From Isurus oxyrinchus (lineage: Eukaryota), in contig JANJGN010000026.1 in NCBI GenBank assembly GCA_026770705.1, positions 31,186,001-31,250,000 on the forward strand: a stretch of 64,000 nt of DNA, read 5' to 3'. The notes under the pieces were generated by a model. The model was not told the origin of the DNA. It searched no databases and worked only from the letters and a program-made list of their open reading frames with translations. Positions 50,139 to 62,664 of the stretch are shown in pieces; position 1 is the stretch's first letter, and each line of letters starts with the position of its first letter. Position numbers and translations under genes: made by a program.

Positions 50139-50464
50139 CCAATGTCCTTCAGTGAAAGAGTCACTGCGCCATCCAGCGACCCATCAGTGTTAACATGCCT
50201 TTACCTCTGCCTTTTTATGGCAAACCCCAGAGCCAGGATGATTGCACAGCGAGGGGAGCCTCGGAGATTTCACTCATACTCAGGTCTGTCACAGTCACAA
50301 GTCAAGTAATAGTAAACAGCAGTGATCTGCTTCATCAGAGGCCCATACAGGGCAGTATATGGAGGACGAAAGTTTCCTTTACACTGTCCCATCAAACACT
50401 CCCAGGGTCGGTGCAGCAGGGGGTTAGATAGGGGGTAAAAGGTTTTGTTTTATCTCTTTACCCT

Positions 50465-50905
50465 TTCATGAGGTGTGGGTGTCGCTGGCAAGACCGCCCA
50501 GAACAGCCCAGCTTCCGAGGCCATTTAAGAGGGCAGTTGAGTGTCAGTCACATTGCTGTCGAGCTGGAATCACATGTCGGCCAGGCCGGGTAGGGGTAGC
50601 AGATTTCCTTCACTAAAGGACATTAGTGCAGCAGATGGATTTTTACGACAATCGGTGATAGTTGTCATGGTCACCATTACTGAGGCTAGTTTTCAATCCC
50701 AGGTTTTAATAATTGAATTCACATTCCAGCAGCTGTCATGTTGGGATTTGAATCCATGCGCCCAGAGCATTCACCTGGATTCTCTGTACCTTGTCCAGTT
50801 AAACACTCACAAGGCAGAGACGTCACAATCCACCTTCTCAAGGCAATTAGGGATGGGCAATAAATGCTGGCCCAGACAGCCATGCCCACATCACATAAAT
50901 GAATA
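50465..50905. mobile_element. HE1-like SINE (-) plus an opposite-strand tail fragment
   Basis: ggcagttgagtgtcagtcacattgctg..atttccttcactaaaggacattagtg..gggatttgaatcc; ggcaattagggatgggcaataaatgctggccc. Confidence 0.75.
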
Positions 50906-51123
50906 ACAAAAAATACACAAATACCGCAGACTGAACCGTTGACCCAAACCATGGGAAGATTCCTAGAGACTAGGGCCGATCTGACACAGACACGTTATCG
51001 AGCAGTAATCCTGCAAATTATTACCACAGTTTGGGGCTTATTAGGAACACCAGGGAGCACAAATCGTGGAAATTCCCAGGCCCTGCGGCCTGCCAGGCGC
51101 AATAAACAACTAAATTCACGGAA

Positions 51124-51369
51124 ATAAAAACAAAAAACTGCGGATGCTGGAAATCCAAAACAAAAACAGAATTACCTGGAAAAACTCAGCAGGTCTGGCA
51201 GCATCGGCGGAGAAGAAAAGAATTGACGTTTCGAGTCCTCATGACCCTTCAACAGAACTATGATTAGGTCTGTTGAAGGTTCATGAGGACTCGAAATGTC
51301 AACTCTTTTCTTCTCTGCCGATGCTGCCAGACCTCCTGAGTTTTTCCAGGTAATTCTGTTTTTGTTTTG
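51124..51369. mobile_element. 246-bp hairpin mini-insertion of two inverted PLE 3' ends
   Basis: Arms ~51156-51260 and 51265-51369 with a 4-nt spacer. Flanking 11-bp repeats AATTCACGGAA (51113) and AATGCACGGAA (51370). Confidence 0.88.
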
Positions 51370-51764
51370 AATGCACGGAACATCGCCCCAGGGATCTTTT
51401 CTCCCTACCCCATTCCCTCTCATACCTTTCTTCCAAACTCACTGAACATCACCCCAGGGATCGTCTCTCTCTGCTCCATTTCCAGGCCTGCTGTTATCCA
51501 GTAACTTCCCACACAAATAGTTTTCGAATATTTATTTTTGTAAATGGTATAAATTAGATCAAACATGTGCATTACATCCAGCCCATTAGAAATATTGGGT
51601 TCAAAACAACAAATATGAATTGATTCTATGATTGCACATTTTGAACTGGAACACATCGCACCGAGTGAATCCACTGTCAGTTTACATGTTGCTCAGTGAA
51701 AATTTCAATCATCCTTGACTTTTTGGCCTTTGCGCACTGAGCCAGGAAGAAGACTGGACTCAAA

Positions 51765-52400
51765 GAACATGTGAACATATGAACTCGGAGCAGGAGTAGG
51801 ACACTCGGCCCTTCAAGCCTTCTCCGCCATTCAATAAGATCACAGCTGATCTGATTGAAACCTGCTGCTTACCCCGATAACCTTTCACCATCTTGTTGAT
51901 AAAGAATCAATCTAGCTCTGCCTTAAAAATATTCAAAGACTCTGCTTCCACTGCCTTTTGAAAGAAAGAGTTACAAGTACTCACGACCCTCTGAGAAAAA
52001 ACACTTCTCTCATCTCTGTCTTAAATGAGCGACCCCTTATTTTTAAACAGTGACCCCTAGTTCTAAATTCTCCCACAAGACGCAAGATCCTCTCCGCATC
52101 CACCCTGTCAAGACCCCTCGGGATCTGAAAGATTTCGATCAAGTCGCCTCTTAGCCTTCTAAACTCCAGTGGATGCAGGCCTAACCTGCCACCTTTCCTC
52201 ACAAGACAAGCCGCCCATTCTTGGTATTAGTTCAGTAAGCCTTCTCTGAATTGCTTCTAACACATTTACATTTTCCTTAAATAAGGAGGCCAATACCCTA
52301 CACTGTACTCCTGATATCACTGTCCTGTACAACTGAAGTAAAACCTTCTTACTTCAATTCCCCCTCACAGCAAATGATAACGTTCTATTAGTTTTCCTTG
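51765..52400 (-). mobile_element. CR1-type LINE 3' fragment
   Basis: Minus ORF RLGLHPLEFRRLRGDLIEIF..RTRGHCLKIRGR. Confidence 0.9.
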
Positions 52401-52586
52401 TGGTGCCTAAATGGTTCAGCACTTTTTCAATTTCTGTCAGACCTTCATAATAGCTTTGCACATCTGGAAAGTATTCTCCCATGTTCTATCCTTGTTCACC
52501 TGACATGCCTAAATCTCTTCACAGCCGAGATACTCCTCCCCACAGTTTACATTTCCACCGCTTCCATCTGCTAAAGTTTATCCACA

Positions 52587-52660
52587 GGCACCAGAAGGGA
52601 TCGAACTCACGGCATCTAGCTTGATAAGTCCACTATTTTAACCACAGGTTACGCCAACAG
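52587..52660 (-). pseudogene. Highly degenerate tRNA-like sequence, isotype unresolved
   Basis: Minus strand: B-box GAGTTCGATCC, tggtt D-loop remnant, GGTGCC 3' end; stems poorly paired. Confidence 0.4.
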
Positions 52661-53329
52661 CGCCAGAAAGGTTAAAGTCCTCTTCCAGCTTTTAAACCTA
52701 CTGTTATTCTCTGTGCCATTTACCATGAAGATGCACAATGAAAGTGAGTAAAGTTTATGATGGTAAAAATGCATTCATCCCCCTCAGGGAACTGAATCAC
52801 ATTGACACACGGAGAGGAACACACACAGACATTGACACCGATAGGTGGCAGCAGCCTAAGGAGAGACAAACATCCAGAAAGCAAGCATGTCACCAAATTG
52901 GCTCCGTTTTTGTTCCATTTCCAACTGCATATTTGGTGAGTGCCAACAGATGAACGGAAATGAAAAATACAGGGAAGCGTTTGAAAGTTTTTTTAGTCCA
53001 TTTAATAGATAATCAATTCTGTAACTCATTCTTAAAACAGGAACAGTGAGAAATGTAAACTACTAAATGTAGATTGCAGGTTCAAAATGTCGGATTTTCA
53101 CCTGTATCAGGAAACTCTAAAGGGTTTCAAACCCATTACATAAGCAAGTCAGTTCCGTACATCGTCGCCATGTACCTTTTAATGTTCAGTACATAAAACG
53201 ACAGAGTGGTTACAGAAGGGAATGAAGAAATGCAGCCCCATCTATTCCTGGCTGTCCTGCAATTTCTGCTGCCTCTTCTCGAACTTCCCGCCAGTATGGA
53301 GCACTGCGCACCGAGCGCACACAGGGGGA

Positions 53330-53625
53330 CATGATTGAGGTGCATAAAATTATGAGAGGCATAATAGGGCACACAGGAACGAACTTTTCCCCTTGGTGGA
53401 CAGATTTTAGGGTAAAGGTTAGGAAGTTTAGAGGGGATGCGAGGAAGAATTTTCGCACCCAGAGGGTGGTGGGAATCTGGAACTCACTGCCTTAAAGAGT
53501 GGTAGAGGCAGAAACCCCCATAACATTTAAGAAGTATTTGGATTGGAATAGTTCGGTATTTGTTTGACCGGCGCAGACTCGATGGGCCGAAGGGCCTTTT
53601 TCTGTGCTGCAGCCCTTTCCACCTC
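53330..53625 (+). mobile_element. CR1 3' end fragment
   Basis: acccagagggtggtgggaatctggaactcactgcc..gatgggccgaagggcc. Confidence 0.8.
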
Positions 53626-53678
53626 AATGACTGAAGGGTGTGACAAAATTGATTGAAAATACAGACAGTCTGAAACTC

Positions 53679-53760
53679 TGGCAGCGATGGGATTTCAACC
53701 CACGCCTCCATACAGACTGAAACTTAAATCCAGTGCCTTAGACCGCTCGGCCACTGCGAC
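53679..53760 (-). pseudogene. tRNA-Leu pseudogene (TAG/AAG-family body, anticodon now reads TAA)
   Basis: GTCGCAGTGGCCGAGCGGTCTAAGGCACTGGATTTAAGTTTCAGTCTGTATGGAGGCGTGGGTTGAAATCCCATCGCTGCCA, 82 nt with a long variable arm; acceptor stem and T-loop damaged. Confidence 0.85.
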
Positions 53761-55542
53761 GTCTAAAAATTCGCATTGCCTTAACTGGAAATTTCAATCG
53801 CCGTCCACTTTGTAACGCTCAGTAACTGAACGGCCTCCAGTGTAAAAACATACAGAAAGAAATAATCTCCTCTTGCATCTTCCCAGCCTGCTTTTTCTCC
53901 CTGAACCTTTTTAGTGTGAAGCTACACAACTAATGTGAATGAAGTTTGCGATGGTAAAAATGCATCCATCCCCTCGTGGAACTGAACCGAATTGATACAT
54001 TCCTGATCCGAACCACTCACTGTGCACCACACGAGCCCCTTTAAAATTGTAACATTATTTTCTGTTTCCTCTCCTCTCCGACCAAAATGAATCATTTCAC
54101 ATTTCCTTCTATTAAATTTCAGCTGCCACTTGTCTGTCCAAATGGATTTGTTAAAGAGCCCGAAAGGAGAACCGACTCAAGCTGGGAATGAAAGAATGAG
54201 AATGAAGGAAGAGAAGTGACGGGTTTTCTAGATCCTGGGGGAAAGGGACTCCAGGATCAGTTCATTGTGACAGTTCACACAGCAACAAGAAAACAACATT
54301 CCCTGATGAAGGCCAAACCCGGGCGGCAGGAGAGGGAGAGCCGGATAACAGCCTGTTTAGTTATAACACAGAAGACTTGTTCAGCCAATAACAGCCTCGA
54401 GTGTGTTCAACATGAACATGAAGTGAACATTGAGGGGAAATAGTGCCACAAGCTGCGGATGGACAACTTTCAATTTCCAAACCCACCAACACAATCAATG
54501 CGGCTCCTCTGAAACTTTCAAGGCAAATATTGATCCTTTATAAGGTGCCGTTCCCAGAACTATCCACAGTCCTCCAGGTGTGATCTAACCAGGGCTTTTT
54601 ATCGCTGCAGCAAACCTTTCCGTCTTTTCTATAACAGTCTCTGTCACAGGGTGTAGAGCAAGAGGAATTAGATTGTATAGGGCGACTGAGAAAAACGAGG
54701 ACATGCTTGATCTGAATCAATCTCTTTGGAAAGTTCGGTATGAAATCAGCAACATAAATACATTTATGGTTCAAAAACTATATCGGAACCTAAAGCTCAA
54801 CTCTTGATGTCATTGGGTCAAGGAAACTTTATTAATGATCACACAGTGCGCATGGGCACTGCAAAACTCCTGCACCTCTTTCAATATTGTTCCATCACTT
54901 TCAAAAGCTCCATGAAATCTTTGTTTAACCTCCTTTGCTCGAAAGGGAACAATCGCGACCTCTATAATCTCCCCACAAAACTGAATTTCCTCATCTATGG
55001 ACATGATGTAAGGTGGAAAATTGCAATGAGATTTTAGAAAATATTGCCAGCTGGCAGTTGGGAAGATGGAAAAGGAACCAAAGCAGAAAACCCAGTCTCC
55101 AGCTTCGCAAATCTTTCAAAACTCTTTGGGAACTGGGATCAGAGGAGAATGAAGGGTGAACTGTCCGACTGACCGTTCAAGGTACTGTTCCCTTCTTTAA
55201 GGCACTAGAACAATGACTCTGATGCTATCATTGAAATTAACTGATCTGAGACATTGAAAGGATTCTCCATACTGCACATCAGCAATTTAATCTGAATATT
55301 GGTTTCGGGACAATCAGAGTACTTGGTGACAGACAAGGCACCAAAAAGCTCGAAGGGAGATGGCACCGGCTGTAGGAGAGCTGGCTCCTAGTGACATGAA
55401 TGTAGCTGCAGTGGGTGGGATCAGACTGTTTCCATGTATCCAAATCAATGTTTCACCCTTTATTTTGGAAAAGTAAAACTCGGAAAGAACAATGATCATT
55501 CTGATAGCGGCATCTGAACCTTTAAGGATCGATCTTGCGACT

Positions 55543-55616
55543 TTTTCTGTGGCACAATTGGTCAGCATGTTCGGCTGTTAACTGGAAGGTTGGTGGTTCG
55601 AGACCACCCGGGGATG
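55543..55616 (+). pseudogene. tRNA-Asn(GTT), probably pseudogene
   Basis: TTTTCTGTGGCACAATTGGTCAGCATGTTCGGCTGTTAACTGGAAGGTTGGTGGTTCGAGACCACCCGGGGATG; matches the vertebrate tRNA-Asn pattern with CpG-type decay and acceptor mismatches. Confidence 0.85.
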
Positions 55617-56499
55617 AAGATTTCACTGTTTGTCAGCCCATCATATTCATCACCCCACAGCTCTGGGTTGTCAACGTGCATATTGGCTTCAAGCAAATAA
55701 TCTACAATCGAGGCTCATGCTTCTGTTATTCAGTGATCCCACATGAAGAGTTGCATTCTTACGAATATTTAAGATGTAAAGAGAAAATGATCAGTCCTGC
55801 CATGTACCTCTATATAACCCATTGGAAATATATGAAGTTATGAGATTCGAACAAACCCATCAGTGATTCTCTCTTCCTCAGCTCCACAGTGAGTGGGACA
55901 GGGAAGAGCAGAGAAGCAGCAATATTCCGGCCCCGCACTCTCCAATCACCCTCTGCCAGCAGAAAGTGGCGACTGCAGCTTCAGTCAGCGGGTTACTCTC
56001 CATCCCTTGGATGCAAGACACTCCAACACGGGCTAAACCTCCCTATACACCGAGCATAGGCTCAGGAAAACACTGGTAGATTATATTCCGGTCACTAAAC
56101 CTCCGAGCAGCATTCACAGAATACCCGAGTGAGGGAGTCACAAATAAAGACAACATTCAAAATCTTTTCACTGAAATACCATCTTTGTATTTAAAAGTTG
56201 ACTGTTGTGAATCTGAAAATGAGCACCATGGGATTTGTGTTACCGACTGACTTGTTTTCCATTGTTTGTCTGTCAGGTTTGTAACTCAATTTGTGTTGGA
56301 GATTGAAGCGAATCTGATTTCAGAATGAGGTCACAAAGCAGGTCAATATTAAATCCAGGAACACATCCTGAGGAAAATAGATCACAATGTTTGGAAGGAG
56401 GTGCAGCTAAGAAATGGAATCTGTGAATGATGTTATTGATGTTTGATGGGAAAGCACTGGACTCTTGTGTTTCTGGTGGTTAATTCCCTTCTCTCCCAT

Positions 56500-56659
56500 T
56501 GCATTCAGACAGTTAACTTGCTGTGATGTTTTTCCTTCCCACTCTCAGAGCAGGTTAATGGCCTCTCCCCAGTGTGAATTTGCTGGTGTCTCAGCCGATG
56601 GATATATGAGTGAATCCCTTCCCACAAATGGAGCAGGTTAATAACTCCACCCCCCCCCC

Positions 56660-56693
<34 letters not shown>

Positions 56694-56880
56694 ACAGTGT
56701 GACTGCACTGGTGAATTTCCAGCTAAGATGGGTGGCTCAATTCTTCCTCCCGTTCCCCACATTTCCACAGATTCTCGTCAGTGTAACTACACTTGTATTT
56801 CGGCAGGCCAGATGATCCCTTGAATCTTCGTCCACACACAGAACACGCGTATGGTTTCTCCCCACTGTGAACGTTGCATG
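56500..56880 (-). pseudogene. C2H2 zinc-finger gene relic
   Basis: HQQIHTGERPLTC linker in ORF 56505..56768; GEKPYACSVCG encoded at ~56830-56865; frameshifts and an inserted C-run. Confidence 0.8.
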
Positions 56881-57340
56881 TTTCCTTCCATGTTCAAACT
56901 CTGATGATATTCAGGCTACGATAAATTGGATGACTCAGTTAGATCCTAGTGTGATGTTTGGTTTGAGTTTCCTGACTGCAAATCTTCCCCTCTTAATACA
57001 CTGTGAAAATGATGTAAAACAGAAAAAATGGAGTGAGAGCGAACCCACAGAAACACAAAGGCAGATTGTAAAATTGAACAGAAATGTTGGAAATTTCTGG
57101 GACTGACACGAGGGAAAATGACATTCAATGCTGTTGGATTGACGAAACAATTCAACTGGTTCACTAATGTTCATCAGAGTCAGTCTGGGCCTACACAAGG
57201 CCTCTATAGGAGGAGAAAGGGGGAGATAAAGATGGAGATAGAGAGAGAAAATAAGGGAGATATGCAAAAGGAGTGACAGAGAGTGACGTGAGAGGGTAAG
57301 GTTCAGAGGGAAAGAGTGGGAGAGAGAGATGGAGAGAGAG

Positions 57341-57376
<36 letters not shown>

Positions 57377-57489
57377 GAGAGTGGCAGGAGGGAAAGAGAG
57401 GGATTTCATATCAACTCGACCAGAACTTTGACAGAACATCCCGAGCCCTGAATCTACACCAGCTAGAAGGAGCAAGGTAACAAGTGTAT

Positions 57490-58430
57490 GTGAAAGCAGC
57501 ACACCATCCTGACTTATCTGGCATCCAGTGCTGCATGAACAGAAATGTCCTCCAATTAAATATTGGAAAAATTAAAGCCATTGTCTTAAGCGCCACCCCC
57601 ACCCCACCACCCCCCCCCCCCCCCCCCCCCCCCACCTCCCTCCGACACCCCTACAAACGTCACTCCTTAGCCACTGGTTCCTTCCCGCTACCCGGCAATT
57701 GTCTGAGGCTGAACCAGATTCTTCTCAAACTTGATGTCATGCTTCAAACATATCTGCATCATCACCAAGACCGCTGATTCCCACCTCAGTAACATCACCG
57801 AACCCTGTCCTAGTCTCAGCTCACCCAATTCTGAAACTGTCATCCATTCCTTTATTATCTCTAGAATTAACTACCCTACGGACCCCAGGCCAGCCTCCCA
57901 CATTCATGTCCCCAGTAAACTTGAGGTGATGTAACACTCTGCTACCCATGTGTTTGTTTGCAGTAAGTCTTGCTCACTCATCACCTCTGTGCTCGCTGAC
58001 CTAAAAAGGCTCACGTTTAAGAAGAACCAAAATTTTAAAATTCTCATCCTTGTTTTCAAATCCCGCTGTGGCTGCAATCACCCCTTCCTCTGTGATCTCC
58101 TCCAAGCCCACAACCCTTTGTGATCACTGCGCTGATCTAATCCTGATCTCTCAACCATTCTCAATTAATCACTCCACCACTGGTTGCCGTTCTTTAAGTT
58201 TCCGAGGTCCCAAGCTCTGAAATTTCTTCGCTAAACCTCCCCACATCTCTATTCACTTTCTTCCTTTAAGATACTCCTTAGCCTTACTCTTTCACAAAGC
58301 TTTTGGTCACCTGCACTAATATCTCCTTATGTGGCTCGGTGTCAAATGTTGTTTTGTAATATTTCTACACAATGCTTTGGAACATTCAATTACATGAAAG
58401 ATGCTATATAAATATAAATTATTGTTGGTT
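57490..58430 (+). mobile_element. L2-like LINE 3' fragment
   Basis: LSGIQCCMNRNVLQLNIGKIKAIV; ETVIHSFIISRINY; tail gctatataaatataaattattgttg. Confidence 0.75.
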
Positions 58431-58884
58431 TGGATATGTATTACTGTTCCTTCATCACCATAGGGTGAAACGTTCTTTTAATCCCTTTCTAACAACATTG
58501 TGGGAGCACCTTCACATGGGTAGCAGAAGTTCAAAAAGGTCAAACATCATCTTCCCCACAGGAAAATGGGGATGGGCAATATCCACTGCTGGTCTTGTTA
58601 GTGGCACTGAAATCTCAAGGATCACCTGTGTCAGTTGGGGCAAATGAAGGAAATAATGACTGAGCATGGACTGCTTAAAAAGCAAGGGAACATGCTGACG
58701 AACAGGGAATGTCTGTAAAGAATCATTGAGTCATAGAATTGTATAACACTGTTACCAGAGAAGAAGATGATGCTTGACCTTGAACCTTTGCAGTCTGTGT
58801 GGTAAACTGCTCCAACATTTCTGTGAGATAAGGAGTTACAGTAATTTCACTCAGTGATGATTAAGGAATGGTGACATGTCCAAA

Positions 58885-59405
58885 TCAACAACAATGTGTG
58901 TTTATATGGCGCCTTTCGTGTAATAGAAAACTCCAAAGTGTTTCACAGGAGTTTTATGAAGCAACTTTTGCCACTGAGCCCACAGAAGGAGATGTTTGGG
59001 CAGATGACCAAAAGTTTGGTCAGAGATAGGTTTTAAGAATTATCTTGGAGGTTATGAGGCTGGAGAAGATCACAGAGATAGGAAGGAGCGATATCCTGAA
59101 GAGATTTGAAAGCAAAAATGATACATTTAAAATTTAAGTGCTTCTTAGCCTGGAAACTTTGTACCTCAGAGACCATGATGGTGATGAGTGAACAAGACTT
59201 GGTGGAGTAAATACATGGGCAGCAGAGTTTTGAATGACCTCAAGATCACAGGGAGGTTTAATGTAGGAGGCCGGCTGGGATTGCGTTAGGATAGTTAAGT
59301 CTATAGGTAACAAATGAATAGATAAGAATTTCAGCTGCAGAGCAACTGAGACTAGGATGGAGTTGGATGATACTGAAGTGCAAATGGGCAGTCTTGGTGA
59401 CGATA
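58885..59405 (-). mobile_element. L2-like LINE fragment
   Basis: Reverse homolog of 57770-58100 (LEVIQNSAAHV; AEILIYSFVTYRLNY). Confidence 0.7.
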
Positions 59406-59407
59406 AA

Positions 59408-60610
59408 GGGGAGCCTGTAGACATACTGTACTTGGATTTCCAGAAGGCATTTGATAAGATGCCACATCAAAGGTTATCGTGACAAATAAAAGCTCAGGAT
59501 GTAGGATGTAATATGTTAGTATGGATAGAATATTGACTGGCTGGCAGAAAACAGAGAGTATGCATAAATTGGTCTTTGTTGATTGGCAGGATGTGATGCG
59601 TGGAATCCCACAGGATCTGTGCTGGCACCTCAACTTTTTACAATTGATATCAATGACTTCGATGAGGGGAGAGAAGCCATTGTGGCTAAATTTGCAGATG
59701 ACATGAAGATATGTAGGAATGTATGTTGTGAAGAGGACATAAGGAGGTTGCAGATGCATATAGATAGGCTCAGTGATTGGGCAGAGATCTGGCAAATGGA
59801 GTTTAATGTTGGAAAATGTGAAGTTGTTCACTTTGGCAGGAAGAATAAAAAAGCAGAGTGTTACTTAAATGGAGAATGACTGCAGAATTTCAAGGTGCAG
59901 AGGGATCTAGGTGTTATAGTGCATGAGGCACAAAAGGTTAGTATGCAGGTATAGCAAGTAGTTAAGAAGGCTAAGGGAATGCTTTTCTTTATTACGAGAG
60001 GGATTGAACATCAAAGCAAGGATGTTATGCTTCACTTATACAGGGCATTGGTGCGATCACATATCGAATACAGTGTGCAGTTTTTGGTCCCCTTATTTAA
60101 AGAAAGATGTAAATGCATTGGAGGTGGTTCAAAGGAGGTTTACTAGATTGATACCTGGATGAACGGATTGTCTTTTGAGAATAGGTTGGACAGGCTGGGC
60201 TTGTTTCCATTGGAGTTTAGAAAAGGGAGGGGTGACTTGATCGAAGTATATAAGATCCTGAATGGTCTTGACAAGGTGGATATGCAAAGGATGTTTCCTC
60301 TTGTTGGTGAGTCCAGAACTAGGGGCATTGTTGTGAAATTAGGAGTCGCCATTTTAGGACAGAGATGAGGAGAATTTTTTTCTCTGAGGACTCTGGAACT
60401 CCCTGCCTCAGAAGTCAGTGGTGGTGGAGTCATTAAATATTTTTAAGGCAGAGGTCGATAGATTCTTGTTAGGCACAGGGATCAAAGTTTATCAGGGGTA
60501 GATGGGAAGGTGGAATTTGAAATGCAAGTAATCAGTCATGATTATATTGAATGGCAGAGTGGCCTCGAGGGGCTGAATACCCTACTTATTTTCCTATTTT
60601 GCATGTTCAC
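59408..60610 (+). mobile_element. CR1-type LINE, decayed
   Basis: YLDFQKAFDK, GSVLAPQLFTIDIND, KFADDMK, WQMEFNVGKCEVVHFG, RLGLFPLEFRK. Confidence 0.93.
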
Positions 60611-60769
60611 ATGATGTGGATATGCGGTTTGAAGGTCAGTTTGGGGTGAAACATGACACCAATGTTGTGAAAAGTCTGGTTCAGCCTCAGGCAGTTGCTG
60701 GGGAGATGATGGAGTCAGTGGCTGTGGAGTGGAGAAGGGACTGAAGACAATGGTTTCAGTTATCGGGGA

Positions 60770-61560
60770 GACGTTGGCATAGTGTTGTTGTCACTGGACA
60801 AGTAATTCAGAGATCAGGGTAATGCTTGAGGGACCCAGGTTCAAATCCCACCACAACATCAGGCTTTCACCAGGACACCTTACACAGCACCTTCCAAACC
60901 CACAGCCACAACTACCTAGGAGGACAAGGGCAGCAGATAGATGGGAACACCACCACTGGACATTCCGCTCCAAGTAACTCACCATCCTGACTTGGAAATA
61001 TATTGCAGTTTCTTCACTGTCACTGGGTCAAAATCCTGGAACTCCCTTCCTAACAGCACTGTGGGTGTACCTACACCACATGGACTGCAGCGGTTCAAGA
61101 AGGCAGCTCACCCCACTTTCTCAAGGGCAGATAGGAATGGGGAATAAATGCTGGCCCAGCCAGGGAAGCCCATGAGTGAATAAAAAAAAATTACAAGACA
61201 GTTGGTGGAATGTAATTTCAATGAAAAGTCTAATGTTGGCGACAAAATCATTGTCGATAGTCATAAAAACCCTTCTAGTTCACTAATATCCTTTAGGGGA
61301 GGAAATCTGCCATCCTTACCTGGTCTGGCCTGCGTGTGACTCCAGACCCACAAGAATGTGGTTGACTCTGAAATGCTCTCAGTTGTATCAAACCATGACC
61401 GGAAAATGATTAAGGAATGAAACCAGACCACCCGGCATCGGCCCAGGCACCCGAACCGACAAAGGCAAACTCAGCCCTGCCAACCCTATGAAGTCCTCCA
61501 TACTAACATCTGATGCCAAGAATGAGAGAGCTGTTTCACAGAGGAGCTAAGCAAGAGCCT
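60770..61560 (+). mobile_element. HE1-like SINE with nested HER1-type tail
   Basis: Head tgtcactggacaagtaattcagag..ggttcaaatcccacc; insert ~60860-61190; core ctagttcactaatatcctttagggg resumes after it. Confidence 0.7.
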
Positions 61561-62098
61561 GACAAAATCATATTCACGGAACCATAGTTCTGGTGGAGAC
61601 AAAGTCCCGTCTTCACATTGAGGATACCCTCCATTATGTTTTCTGGTACTACAACCCTAGATCTCAAACAGATCATGCAACCATGAGGTGCCGTGAGCCA
61701 TCACCAGCAGCAGAATTGTACTCAACCACAGTCTTCAATTTTGCCTTGAATCATCATCCCCTTGATGATTTACTCTGTCTTCCATCCTATCGCAAGACCG
61801 TTTGTTCTTTCCTCCTCCCCACCCCTCTCTTTTACCTGACCCTATATTTGCTGGAAAAGTATTAAATCTTTCACTCTTTCCTGTTTGGATAAAGGGTCAC
61901 CGATGTGAAACATTCACTCTGTTTACCTCTCTGTAGATACTGTTTGACCTGCTGAGTGTTTCCAACATTTTCTGTGTTGAGGTTGGATTTCTAGCATCTG
62001 CAGTATCTTTTTTTGGGGTCACTGTGCTTTCTCTCATTTATCGTTACCTGTATAAAGGTGAAGAAGAGCTTTTAAAGAATGAGACAGCAGTAATTGTC

Positions 62099-62194
62099 TT
62101 GAAGGGTCATTCGGACTCGAAACGTCAACTGTGTTCCTCTCCACAGATGCTGCCAGACCTGCTGAGTTTTTCCAGGTATTTTTGTTTTTGTTTT
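62099..62194 (+). mobile_element. Solo PLE 3' end, 10-bp TSD (older copy at ~61885-62010)
   Basis: gaagggtcattcggactcgaaacgtcaact..; TSD AGTAATTGTC at 62089-62098 and 62195-62204. Confidence 0.85.
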
Positions 62195-62268
62195 AGTAAT
62201 TGTCACCCTGTTCGACATGAAACTAAACTAATTGTTAATTCCTCATTGGTAATAATTTTAAACACAAA

Positions 62269-62338
62269 GTTTCGGCCGGGTTTGAACCGGGCACTCTCTC
62301 ATCTAAAGTAAACGTGATAATCACTGCACTGGGGAAAT
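62269..62338 (-). pseudogene. tRNA-Val pseudogene, degenerate
   Basis: Minus strand ATTTCCCCAGTGCAGTGATTATCACGTT..CCCGGTTCAAACCCGGCCGAAAC versus the tRNA-Val pattern GTTTCCGTAGTGTAGTGGTTATCACGTT..GGTTCGAAACCGGGCGGAAAC. Confidence 0.7.
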
Positions 62339-62664
62339 GAGTGTGAATCCCCCCCGGACAGAGAGGAACTGACCATCCATCTCTAGCTCTAATTCCCAAA
62401 CAGAAAATGCTGCCAATAATTAGCAAGTCAGGCTGACTCTGTGGCCGCTCTCAGCGTCTGAAACCGTCACAATTGACGGTTGCTCCAGACCAATAGGAAA
62501 AGGGGGCGGGACTGGGGGCATGCGTGCGCAAGAGGCTGGCCCTGCAACCAATGAGAAGGCGGGGCTGATCCACAATGGGAAAAGAGGGGGGATGGCGGGG
62601 CGGAGGGAGCGATGGACGAAGACATGTGTAAACCCGCAGCCATGTTCGACTCGGGCTAAAGGCC

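Noticed and set aside
56648-57633. Long poly-C tracts (56648-56693, 57595-57633)
   Set aside because: Homopolymer expansions within decayed elements; lengths are unreliable in assemblies and nothing suggests function.
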